The notes below the pieces were generated by a model. That model searched no databases. It was not told the DNA's origin and was given only the letters and a program-made list of their open reading frames with translations. From Lama guanicoe (taxonomy: Eukaryota), in NCBI GenBank assembly GCA_013239625.1, contig MU054338.1:7046724-7082961 (forward strand): DNA of 36,238 nt, written 5' to 3'. Every line of letters starts with the position of its first letter. Positions within the stretch are counted from its first letter, which is position 1. Shown in pieces: positions 12,706 through 24,135 of this stretch. The position numbers were made by a program, and so were the translations under genes.

Positions 12706-13019
12706 AAGGAAAACCCACTTGGAAGTTCTTCCTAAATTATAGGAAATTCAGTTCAAATTTCTGGTACTATAAAAAGAAACTTCCATCATCTTTTTTTCTT
12801 AGACTTCTTTAGTTTGAAGTTCTGGGGGATTCATAGGGCCCTGGAAGTCAGGTGAGATGAGGTCGCGCTGCCTAGCCCAGCTTTTCCGAGGTAGTAAAAC
12901 TTGTTTTATAGGCACTGAGTCAGTCAGGTATTTAATGTAATCAAATACACGTCCTCTCCTAATAACCTAAGAATATTTATCTTTCCACCTGAGTATAATT
13001 TACCAAGCATAACTGAAGC

Positions 13020-13700
13020 CCACCACCGGAACAAATTCAGCCAAACCTCTCGAATTCCCAGGTCGGTGAAGGCGTCGGGGCTGGAGTCGCCGTGACCGAA
13101 GAACAGGGATGCTTTTCCTTCTAGCGAAACGACTCTGGCGAGGCTGCTTAGGCTGAAAAGGGGCGAGCTGCGGATGAAAAGGCTCCGCGGACCATCCCTG
13201 ACTGCGCTTCGCGACCGGCCTCCTCCCTGGAACAGGCGCCCAAGGGCCGGCAGCAGGAGTGACTCCGGAAGCGATGCTGCGGCGGTCGGCGCGGCCGGGA
13301 AGGAACGACAAGCTCCCCGGCGTCCACGCACGACGGCCACCACTTGAGGCCGCCCGACTTCCGGACTCCGCGGAGACCAGAGCCCCGAACAACCGGACGG
13401 GACAAGCAGCTACATTGCAAGATGGCTGCAAGCACGTACTTCCGCTTCCGGTCTCTGGTTGGGGGGCGGGGCTTCGGGGGCAGAGGACGCAGGACGGGCC
13501 GTTAGGGAACCGAGGGGAGCGGAGCTGTGACCTTCCTGCGCTGCGAGCTCCGAGCGTCCGCAGGTGGAAGTGTGTCGGACAGACAGGGGCCTGTCCGAGG
13601 GAAGGGCGGAGGCCAGACCAGGCAGGGATTGGACTAGGCACGGGTTCCTGATGTAAAAGTGCTCCGTAGGGCTTCCCCTCCCACCGGAGGAAAGGACGCT
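13020..13700. promoter_or_regulatory. CpG-island promoter
   Basis: Dense CpG. YY1-type CAAGATGGCTGC 13418-13429, tandem ETS/GABP ACTTCCGCTTCCGG 13438-13451, further ETS sites 13265-13271 and 13357-13364, GC boxes 13463-13471 and ~13603-13610. Confidence 0.85.
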
Positions 13701-14056
13701 GTTACTTTTCCCCATTTTTGGATGAGGAGACAGACACGGACCTGTCAACTACCTGCCCATGTTCACCAAATGAAGATTAAAAAGGGGCCACAGGGAACTG
13801 AATCCTAGGTCATTCGACACCTTACAGAGTACTCAGCAGGGCACCACTATATAAATATTAGGGGCAAAGGGGGAAAAATAGAGTTTGAACTAGGTGGATG
13901 CTGGAATTGCTATTACTACATTTAGACACCAAACCAGAGAACTTTAATATCTCAAAAAAGAAAAGAAAAACCCTTTATCAGAAACACAAATACTGCATCA
14001 TTTCGCCTATATGAGCAAGCAAATTAACAGAGACTAAAAGGAGAATGGTGGTCAAG

Positions 14057-15748
14057 TGAGCTTCCTGCACAGCTCAAGGTGACAGATTCTCCCCCAGGTG
14101 CTACGGTTGCTGTTCACCCACAAAAGTTGTGAAATTGGGGTGTCTCACATTAGTAGACGTAATCTCGCTTTTTCTCCACTCATCCCATGCTTGACCCTTA
14201 CCTTTATCTGAAAGGATCAGGGCTGAGAGGCACATGGTAATTTTACAAAATTGACAAGAGATAGACACCATCCCTCTCCCTGGCCAGGATGCTTCACTGT
14301 AAACGAGGGTGGTGAACACTGTACACAGTCAAGCAGTCGCGTTCTTCATGATGTAAGACAATGTCAGTCCAACAAGGGAATCCAGGGTCTTAGAAGAGGA
14401 TTAAGTGTGAATCCTGCAGGCCCACTTTTCACCACAGTGCAACCTGGAGGGTGTAGCCACGAGACGGTCCAGGTCTGGCTATGAGGGGAACGGAAGTCCC
14501 ATTGTGTGCAAGAATGGTTGGAGCCACAGATGCTTCAAATAGATCTGCAGAACCACCCAGAACGCCGAGCCTCTTAGCAAACTCTAAGATTTCAGACTCT
14601 GGGTAATGTTGCCCAAATACTCTACATTCAGTTTCTCTTGACTATAAATCACCCCATATTTATTAAGAATGAGGAACAAGCTCATAGAAAATAATGACTT
14701 CACAACATTTCTCACATTCATAGGTTTTTCTCCAAAGTGAGATTACAAGTGAACGCGAATGTATTTAGCAGAATTAAAAATTACCCACATATCTTACAGC
14801 AGTAGGGTTTCTCTCTACTGTAAGATCTCCCATATTTACAGAATGTATATTTCACTGAGGAAGTAGTGATGGTCTTTCCATGTTTCTCAATAGCATGGCT
14901 TCACTGTGGTGAGACTGATGGCTTTCCCACATTCTTAACATTTGTAGAGTATCTCCCCAGTGTTTTCTTTTCATGTTGTCCAAGTGAATCAGGAGGAACA
15001 AAAGCCTTCCCATATTCCTTAATAGGTTTTTCTCCAGTGTGCACATGCTTGTGCCTGACAATGAATAAAGAATTTGCAAATGTTCCCACATATATTTCAC
15101 TTGTAAGGCGTCTTCCCAGTGTGAGATCTAAAATGTCTAGAAAGACATGAGGAAGAAGCAAAGGCTCTCTACATTTGTCACATTTAAATGGCTTCTCTCC
15201 AGTGTGAGTTCTTATATGTTGAATAAGGGTTGTGGACTGGGTAAAGGTTTTGCCACAGTCCTTACATTCATAGCGTTTTTATCCTGTGTGAATACGCTTG
15301 TGGCTGTTAATATATGAAGAACAGGTTAATCTTTCCCCACATTTATTACAATCAAAAGGCTTCTCTCCATTGTGAGTTCTAAAATGCTGAGTAAGATCCG
15401 TGACATTAACAAAGGCTTTCCCACATTGGTCACATTTAAAAGTCTTCTGTGCAGTTGGAGATCGTAAATGTTTAGCAAGACTGTGGGAAGTAGTAAAGGC
15501 TTTTCCACATGCGTCACATTTAAAAGGTTTGTCCCCACTGTGTGTTTCTAATTGTCTACTAAAGCTTAAGGACACAGTGGAGACCTTTCCACTTCCCTTA
15601 CGTCTGGCACGTGTGTTAGCAGTGTGAGTTGGTACATGTGCACCAAGGCTTGCTGAGTGAACAGAAGCTCTCCCACATTTCTTCCGTCCATAGGGCTTTT
15701 CTTTATCATGAGTGCCGTACTGTGCCTGAAGCTGAGGTTGATTAACAA
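14057..15748 (-). pseudogene. Inverted partial paralog of the ZNF finger exon and 3' region (copy B, no KRAB exons)
   Basis: ...[128 protein letters not shown]. In-frame TAA at 15279-15281. Homology to copy A starts mid-exon at 15748. Confidence 0.88.
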
Positions 15749-16180
15749 GTTTACGTAGACTGATTTTGGCTATGTAACCAATGGGGTTATATAATAGTAA
15801 ATAGTTATATAAATAGTAAATAGTTAAATACTAGTAAATGCATGCCTTTGCTTGCCTGACGCTGAGACATCTGCAGTTATCTTGGTGGTTTATGATTGGA
15901 AGAAAACACACATCCTGGGTGTCCAAGAGAAGTATTTATACATGCCTGGGTGTCTTGGATCTCTGTGATGCTTGCCTGTGCTTCCTTTCTCCCCCAGTGC
16001 TGTATCCTCTGTCTTTTTAAAAAAATATAGGGGACATATAACATCTTAAGTTTAAGATGTTAATGCAATACATTTATATATTGTAATATGGTTGCCAATG
16101 TAGCATACTTTATCACATTATGTAATTATTTCCTTTTAGTGATTAGAATAATTAAGTTCTAATCTCTTAGCAAGTTTGAT

Positions 16181-16266
16181 TTTTTTTCAATAGAGGCACT
16201 GGGGATTGAACCCAGGACCTCATACATGCTAAGCATTTGCTCTATCACTGAGCTATTACCCTCCCC
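16181..16266 (-). mobile_element. tRNA-derived SINE (camelid Vic-type)
   Basis: 'gaggcactggggattgaacccaggacctcatacatgctaagcatttgctctatcactgagctattaccctcccc' with imperfect TSD caagtttgatt/cgagtctgatt. Confidence 0.82.
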
Positions 16267-16571
16267 ACGAGTCTGATTATTATAATACAGTATTGTTGTC
16301 TGTATTCACTATTCTGGGCATTAGATCTCTAGGACTTATTTACTACTCATTGCAAATTTGCACCTTTACAAAACTTCTGTCTTACCCCCTACCTCCCAGC
16401 CCCTAGTAACTACCATCTCTGTTTTTACTCATTTGGTTTTTTTTAGATTCCACATATAAGTGATATCACACAGTATTCGTCTTTCTCTGACTTATCATAA
16501 TATCCTCAAAGTCCACCCATGTGATCGCAAATGGCAAGATCCCTTCTTTCTTATGGCTGAAAAAATCCCAT

Positions 16572-16598
16572 TGTGTGTGTGTGTGTGTGTCTGTGTGT

Positions 16599-16630
<32 letters not shown>
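16572..16630. repeat. (TG)n microsatellite, two interruptions
   Basis: Directly visible. Confidence 0.95.
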
Positions 16631-17506
16631 ATCCTTCTGTATCATTATATATATCTTCTTTTTCTGTTCATCTGGGCCCTTAGGTTGTTTCCATGTCTTG
16701 GCTATTGTGAATAATCCTGCAGTTATCATCGGAGTGAGTATATCTCTCAGAGATCCTTTGTTGTTTTAAAGCCTACTGTAAGTATATTTTTTGTTCACTT
16801 TTAGAATTTTAATGTGGTTTAATAAAGAGTCTGTTTGACACCTACTAGGGGAGTTGTTATTTCTACTCAAATTGTTCTTTGGGAAACACAATTTTTTTCT
16901 CTCTCAAGGCATTAGCCAGACTTTTTTCATTTTATGGTGGAATTCTGTCTGATGTCTTGTTTTTATGCATTTAATGCTGGGGTCTTACACAATAATTGGC
17001 CTAAATCATTCAGTAAGATTCATCAGATTTGACTGATTAATTAAATGATGAGACAACCAGGTGCAAAGCCCTTATCAAAATTTTCCAGATCCACTGTCCT
17101 GACGTCCTGACTCTTTGCCTCTTTACTTTTCTACTAAGGACTACCAAAGTGCAGAATAGGGTCATTGGGACTTTCCAGGATTTGTTCTTCAGTGTCTTAG
17201 GGCACTGTTTACTCAAATGTCTGATCATTTGGCATGCTTTTAGAAGTAGATTTTCAGGATTCAACAGTTCCATCTAGGTATATGCCCCAAAGAATGGAAA
17301 GCAGGAACTCAGGTGACAAATGTTTTTCTTTTTGTTGTTTACACTTCATTTCCTACCAGTCTTTTTCTCTACGTATACACATATTTTACATAAACATACA
17401 CACAGACCCACAATTAGCATCCTTTTGTGCCTATGTTTAAGTTTTCTTCCTTTCCATTAATTTTATGATGGTTCAGATTCAGCTAAAATTATGAATTGCC
17501 CCAGGG

Positions 17507-17683
17507 CAATGGCTCTCAAAGGATTGTTATGGGGACCAGCAAAACTTAGAGCTCATAAAAAATGCAAATGATCCAACCCAAACCCAGATCTACGAGACAG
17601 AAACTTGGGGCGGGACTCAGCAATCTATGTTGTAACAAGTCCTCAGGGTCATCGTGGTTCAGGCTGCAGTTTGAGAACCATTA
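17507..17683. mobile_element. MER5A DNA transposon
   Basis: TIR-like ends caatggctctcaaa / tttgagaaccatta, with internal 'aaatgcaaat...cagaaact...cagcaatctatgttgtaacaag'. Confidence 0.75.
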
Positions 17684-17699
17684 CCCTAGTGAATCCTTT

Positions 17700-18225
17700 G
17701 GTACTCTGCCATCTTCCTAATGAGGAACCTGTGAGTCAGAAAATGCTGACACTTGTTCCTAAGAGGAAATCCAAGGGAGACTAGAGTGATTCTTCCCTGA
17801 GGAAGGGAACCCAGCAGAGAGAAATCACAGCTAGCCCCTTTGTAAGTCTCCCAGGGAACAATGAAGTGGCAAGTCAGGGACATCTTCCTGTCCCTGCCCT
17901 TGAGGAGTCAAACTGATCAAAAAATGCAAGATTGACTGATCAATTTGTCTAACAAGCTTCAGAGGGTTTTCAGCCCCCAGGGCCACAAAATCTGTAACAC
18001 ATCATTTCCTAGTCACTAAGGCTCCCGTGTGCCAGACCCAGGACACTCATGCCTTCCCCAGGTGAAATCAACCAGGCTCCAAACCAAATGGCTGGCTCTG
18101 TATCCCTGTTTTTTGGTGGGACAGACCTCTTTCTTCAGCATCCATCCTTCATGAGAGAACAAGGTTCAGAGGAGTTGCCCCCTGTGGTGGACTTACATGG
18201 CCAAGCCTGCATAGCCCAGTAAGTG
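17700..18225 (+). promoter_or_regulatory. Putative OR promoter and 5' UTR exon region
   Basis: Homeodomain TAATGA at 17718 plus O/E(EBF)-like sites (tccctgagga 17794, ctcccaggga 17848, cccttgagga ~17897, cccccagggc ~17974). Donor cca|gtaagt at 18219 and acceptor ...catctag| at 19614, 16 nt before the OR ATG. Confidence 0.45.
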
Positions 18226-19630
18226 TTGTAGGAAGGAGGAAAAAGAGGTGGTTGAGTGGAAAAGGCATTGACTGTTATTTAGCATAAGGCAGAGGACACC
18301 CTAGCATGTCTATGGAGAAGGAGCAGCTCTAGAGGCTAACTGCGTGGGAGAGTGGATGGCTAGACTACTTGTTTGAAGTTGCCATTACAGAGTGAGATTT
18401 TACTTCAGTTATATGTTCTTTGGGTGGAAGGTTGATGGAGATTATGGGGAGGGGGAGGAAGAGGCTAAACCCTGAGTTCACTCTAACTTCATAGCTCTTC
18501 CCAGAAACACACTGAGTAGTGATACTGTTACCAACCTGAGGTATACAAAAGGATGCCCCCAGGTATTGATAGAATTTTACATCCCTTATGGTGATTCTCT
18601 TCGTGTTCTTTTCTCCTGTTACTTGGCCCAAGAACTCTAAAGCCTCTGTCTTCACTGAGGCTAGACAAGTCCTTTGTGAATTATTCTCCATTGTCCTCAT
18701 TTGCTTTGGAGCATCTCCTCTTTCTCCAAAGGACCCTTCTCTGCACTCTATCCATGGCCCTTGTCAGAGACCTTCAAGAGAAGAGGACCTGAGTTTCCTG
18801 GCATCTACGGCTGCAGTGTATAAAGTCGGGGGAGGGTGGGTGGGAGAGGGAAAGTAAAACGCATGACTCAAAATTCTGTTTGTGACCTTTTCAGTATCAT
18901 GTGACCTTTATAGTATCTTGTGGTATTGAAATGGTTTAAGCCTTGATAGCTACACTTTTTCCCTTGGACATTTTAACCAACCCCTTAACTTCACAAATGA
19001 AGGGTGTTCTGTCAAGTGACAAATGTCCAGAGAGCATCTGGACCTGTTCCTACAAGATACTGATGGTTCTTGGTACACCAAGCATTAAACATTTCTAAAT
19101 GTGGCCTATTATTTAGTGAAAATATTTTCTTTTTCTTTCTTTTTCCATGAGAAGTAATCCTAAATTCTACTCCTCCTGCAATACTCTGTCCAGATATTTG
19201 GGATATTCTCTCAAATTTTCTCACCTCTGAGGCATAATTATCTAACCCTTTTATGAGTCCCAGACAAGGCAGGTAACTCAGATCAAATTACTAAAGTTCA
19301 CCGGACCTCATGTTTCACATGTGTTAGAGCGAGTACAAACCATTTTAACGTCCAAAGTTGCTCTTAACTTTGTAGATTTGATGACTCTAAGCCAGAAATA
19401 AAGAGGATGGATGAGTGTCCCAGAGGCCAATGGACAGCAGTTGAAATATTATTATGAAATGTTGCATATAACAAATAACAATGTAGGATTCCTAAATTGT
19501 GACATGTTAAAGCTTTTATACCTAGTCCTCCACTTTAAGAAATTTAAAAAGGAGAAAGACTCTAGAGTCTGTCCGGTGGCTGTTTCATGTTCTTACCCTT
19601 CCTCAATCATCTAGCTGATGCATCAGCAAC

Positions 19631-20563
19631 ATGGAACCAGGAAATCAAACAAGTGTTTCAGAATTTTTACTCCTGGGGTTTTCCCAAGACTCAGAGCAGC
19701 AACCCATTTTATTTGGAATGTTCTTACCCATGTTTGTGGTCACTGTGCTCGGGAATCTGCTCATCATCCTGGCCGTCATCTCTGACTCCCACCTCCACAC
19801 CCCCATGTACTTCTTCCTCTCCAACCTGTCCTTTGCTGACATCTGTTTCACTTCCACGACCATCCCAAAGATGCTGGTGAACATCCAGACACAGAGAAAA
19901 TCCATCACCTTTGCTGGCTGCATCACCCAGATGTATTTTTTCATGGTTTTTGGCAGTATGGACACCCTTCTCCTCACTGTGATGGCCTATGACCGGCTTG
20001 TGGCCATCTGCCACCCCCTGCACTACTCCATCATCATGAACCCCCGCCTCTGTGGTCTGCTGGCTCTTGTGTCCTGGCTCATCAGCTTGACGTACTCCCT
20101 GATCCAGAGTCTGCTGATGCTGCGGCTGTCCTTCTGCACCAACTGGGTAATTCAACACTTTTACTGTGAACTTGCTCAGGCTCTCACACTTGCCTGCTCC
20201 GACACACTCATCAATTACATCCTGCTCTATATGGTGACTGGTTTTCTCGGCATTGTCCCCTTCTCAGGGATCCTTTTCTCTTATACCCAAATTGTCTCCT
20301 CAATCCTGAGAATCCCATCAGCTAATGGGAAATGTAAGGCATTTTCTACCTGTGCATCTCACCTGTCTGTGGTTTCTTTGTTCTATGGGACAGGACTTGG
20401 TGTGTATCTCAGTTCTGATTCATCTTCCTGGAGAGGCATGGTCGCCTCGGTAATGTACACTGTGGTCACCCCAATGCTGAACCCCTTCATCTACAGCCTG
20501 CGGAACAGGGACATTAAGAGGGCTCTACAAAAAGTTCTTGGGAGAACACTCTATGTTCAGTGA
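19631..20563 (+). CDS. Olfactory receptor, family 7 (7D/7G/7H-like), intact 310 aa
   Basis: N-glycosylation site [62 protein letters not shown]. Kozak aacATGg. Single coding exon. Confidence 0.96.
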   Translation: MEPGNQTSVSEFLLLGFSQDSEQQPILFGMFLPMFVVTVLGNLLIILAVISDSHLHTPMYFFLSNLSFADICFTSTTIPKMLVNIQTQRKSITFAGCITQMYFFMVFGSMDTLLLTVMAYDRLVAICHPLHYSIIMNPRLCGLLALVSWLISLTYSLIQSLLMLRLSFCTNWVIQHFYCELAQALTLACSDTLINYILLYMVTGFLGIVPFSGILFSYTQIVSSILRIPSANGKCKAFSTCASHLSVVSLFYGTGLGVYLSSDSSSWRGMVASVMYTVVTPMLNPFIYSLRNRDIKRALQKVLGRTLYVQ

Positions 20564-20884
20564 TGGGAACATTGGTCTGGGGTTTTGAGCTGAAACTGGT
20601 AGCAGCAGTTGCCTAAAGAAATCCTGCCTCTTAATCATGTCGAGATTAGTTAATTACCAAGCCTCCATAAGTGACTTTGGTCAGAATTTCCTTGTACTTT
20701 GTCTTAACCACTTCTGGTGATTGCTCTACTAGCTTCAGCCCCTCCTTTTATGTATCCATTGCTGCACCTCAGACTGGATTTCCAGTCCAGCAGGTCAATA
20801 GCAGCCACTTTGAGTACATACTCAGAACAGTTGAATAAGAATTATGAAATAGTGCACTTTATCAATAGCTTTGCTAGTTCTTAT

Positions 20885-21010
20885 CACATTTATTCATTTG
20901 ACAATATTTCCTGAGCACCTTTGGTGTTCAGCGCTGTTGTAAGTGTCTGGAATACAGAAGTGAAAGGGGAAAAAAGACAGAAATCTTTGCCTTTATAGAG
21001 CTTAAATTCT
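20885..21010 (-). mobile_element. L2 3' end fragment
   Basis: 'atttattcatttgacaatatttcctgagcacct...tgcctttatagagcttaaattct'. Confidence 0.6.
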
Positions 21011-22069
21011 GGATCTGGGAGTTTATTGGATCATGTTATATGTCTAAATAGAAAATACACTGATACATAAATTATTCATTTGGTTATTAGCAAGGCTGAA
21101 CTTTTCTCCATGTATCTAGTACATTTCCAACATAAGCTAAGAAAATTCATCACTAGAGATAGAAAAACTGCATGGTCCAATATTAGAACTGATCAGATGC
21201 TAATAAGTTGTTGGGTCTAGTTGTTTCATTTTACAGGTGAATTTACTGAGGTTGAAACACAAGAGTTCAAATGGTGACAAAATTTGGCTGAAAGGGGATA
21301 TATCTTCAAGTATGGTAAGAAGACAGAGTACTGGATTACAATTCAGGAGAGTGGGAATTGAATCACAGACTTGCAACCCTCTAGGTATGTGATGCTGAGC
21401 AGTTTTAGATGATGCAGAATATGTTAGGACCATTGGATCTCTTGATAAACGTTTATTTTCATATCTTCTTCACCGTAAAGAAACTGGATGATGAGCTAAG
21501 TCTTTGGATGGTGGTGTTTGCGAAGGCACTGAAGGCAGGAAAAGCACACATAAACACGTAAATATTCATCTTGGTAAAGGAGAATCACTGCCCACTCCAG
21601 GACTGGAGTCCAATGGAATCAACTTGCCATCAAGTATTCTCGAGGATGTTACCATTTCGAAGGACCATAATGAACTTCCTAAAGGGGGAACCACCTCCCC
21701 TTTAATCCCTTTAATCTCTAGGCTTTGAGTCTGAAGCCAGGCTTGGGTCTGCGACTGGGAAAAGAATCATGATTTTCAATTGTGGGAGCTGACTTGCTTT
21801 CAGTATTTTTGGTTATCTAAATCAAACAATGCTCTTGATGTCTGTTCATTTATGATCTGTTACCACCACCACCACACATCCTTGTGGATCATAGACCCCA
21901 GTTGCCATTCCAGATTTGCTGCTCAATCATCTGCCTTGTCTTTCAATGTTAATGCTGCCATTTGATTTTAGAACTCAAATTACTTGTGAACATAATTTAA
22001 AACTTCTGCTTCTGCTTCAGTATGGAGGTTAGCTTGCCAGGCTATATTAAAAAACCCAAGAATTACAAC

Positions 22070-22612
22070 ACTGGAATAACAGTGGAAATTTTGTATATTT
22101 ATTGACCAAGATTGCTTTAACATTCCCCTCACCTTAATTAAAGTTTAAACAGGTTTCTTCATGATTTTCAAATCCTGACATCTCTTTTCTTAGAGCATTT
22201 ATGTTAGAAAACTTGTAATTGTAAATTCTTTCTCTACCCCATTGCATAATTTTATAATTCTTCTCCCAAACTCTTTCCAGTTTACAACCCAGGAATGTCA
22301 TTCTTAAAGACCCAGGAGCCATCCCTTTGAAATGTAATCATCAAGAAACATAGTGACCCTATCTCCCAGCTTCTGTGGGAGGGTAGGAACCTAAATTCAG
22401 CAAGCAGCAATTAGCAAAAACAGATGGCCTAATCATATCAACCAACCTTCCCCCTACTATCTTCCAGTTATTTTCCATTAGCTAGCCCCAACTTTAAAAA
22501 TCCTCCCATCTTTTGTTTCAGTGGAGACGAGTTCAATCTCTCTCCCTTATTACAACAATCTTGAATAAAGTCTTCCTTACCTGTTGGACTATGACATAAT
22601 TTTCCTTTGGCA
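22070..22612 (+). mobile_element. Solo ERV1-class LTR (MER34-like)
   Basis: 'ccctttgaaatgtaatcatcaag...tgtgggagggtaggaacctaa...gagttcaatctctctccc...cttgaataaagtcttcct' with a polyA signal near the 3' end. Confidence 0.65.
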
Positions 22613-22859
22613 CAATCAACAACTTTCTAGATTTCGCAACAAATTTTCTACCAAGTATCGTTTCAGCAATGAAGTTGTCCATTGTCTTGCCTGCTTAAAC
22701 CAATAACATCACATCTCACAAACAACTTTAGATAGATAGGAAAATGAGCAAAATTCACTTTTTTGATGCATCAGCTTAATTTGGGACAGAATAGCTGAGG
22801 CAGTCTGGTACAAAGATGGTCCTCATAACACTCAAAATGTGTGAGTCACTCAGAAGGTA

Positions 22860-23700
22860 ATGATAGTGAGAGAGGAATAGAGACTAACTTGATGGAGAGA
22901 ACAATAGAATTTAGATGGGTGGTCAGGGAAGGCATCTTCAGCTGTTGGTATTTAAGTGAGAAGTTCAACAGGAAAGGAGAGGAAAATTCTAGGCAGAGAG
23001 AAGTAAGCGTAATAGTCTAGAAGCTGGAAAGAGCATGAATTATTTGAGGAACTACAAGGAAGCAAATAAGTCTAAACAAGTGGTTCTCTAACTCAGTGTG
23101 TAGTGAAATCACTTGGTGGACTGGCTGAACTACAGATAGTTGCGTTCTAGCCACAGAAGTCCTGATTCAGTAGGTCTGGGGTGAGGCTTGAAAATTTGCA
23201 TTTATATGTTTCCAGGTGATACTGATGGTACTGGTGCAGGGATCAGTGAGGGAGCTGGAAAGGAATAGGAGAGACTAAACAATGAAGGGTCTTAATAGAC
23301 CTTGGCAAGGAGTTTACATTTTATTCCAGGAGTAACAGAAAATGATTGAAAGGTTTTAAGCAAAGAAATCACAAATTTTGACTGCACTTAAAAGGTCGAT
23401 CTGATTGCCTCATAAAGAGGGAAAGCTGAATATTGAGAAGCCATTTAGGACACTCTTGCAAGAGCAAAATGTCTACATGAACTGTTTTTGAAGAATGAGG
23501 AAGGCAAATCATATAACTGAGGCATTGCTCTTCAGATAATTAATCACTTCGATATGAGATAAAAGGAAACGAGGATCTAAAATGACAAAACTTAGGGGCC
23601 ATGAGTGACCTGGAAGGGAGTAGGTCTCTCACTGAAAATCTGAACAGCTGTATGCAAGTGAATTTTGAGAGTGGGAACAAGAGAGTTAAGTAATATGCCT
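22860..23700 (-). mobile_element. L2 fragment with nested MER5A (~23078-23245)
   Basis: L2-like 'gggtggtcagggaaggc...attctaggcagag...ggcaaggagtttacattttattc...ggttttaagcaaaga'. MER5A 'ctgattcagtaggtctggggtgaggcttgaaaatttgcattt'. Confidence 0.65.
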
Positions 23701-24135
23701 GCTAGCATGAAGACAAGGCACCTTCCACGAGTTGGTGTCACCAGTCTATTTCTTTATTCTAATGGACAAGGGCCTCGGAATGTTCCTCGGTTCTTCAGAA
23801 ACCTCCTCCTCCCAGAAGGGCAGGGATAACCTCGATGTTAAACACTGAGGTCATCCCCATATTCAATGTCTTCAAAATCTAATAAATGGAATTGGTGGGG
23901 GGGTGAGAGTTGTGGGAGAAACTTGTAACAAAATCAGGGGTGGGAAGGGTAAAATGGGAGTAAATACACTTGCAATACAAGATTAGTTGAATGTAAATGA
24001 TTAAAACAATATGAAAATAATTTAATTTTTAAATGTTCCCAGATGACTAGAAAACAGGATAAGTTAGACTTACATTTCAACTTATCATTACAGGGGAGCT
24101 TTTTCTGATCAGATTTCAGTGAGAGAACTACTCCC

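Larger units (their letters stand above)
16020..16760 (-). mobile_element. L1MA-like 3' end
   Basis: 'ttttagattccacatataagtgatatcacacagtatt...ttaggttgtttccatgtcttggctattgtgaataat' is antisense L1 3' end. Interrupted by a SINE and a (TG)n tract. Confidence 0.8.

Noticed and set aside
12924..13748. Several 95-213 aa ORFs
   Set aside because: Artefacts of CpG-island composition, low-complexity R/P/G/A/S-rich, with no domain.
16460..16769. ORFs with CV/TH dipeptide runs
   Set aside because: Translation of the (TG)n microsatellite inside an L1 3' end.
19645..20158. Antisense and alternate-frame ORFs over the OR genes (also 25411-26580)
   Set aside because: Shadow ORFs typical of OR codon usage.
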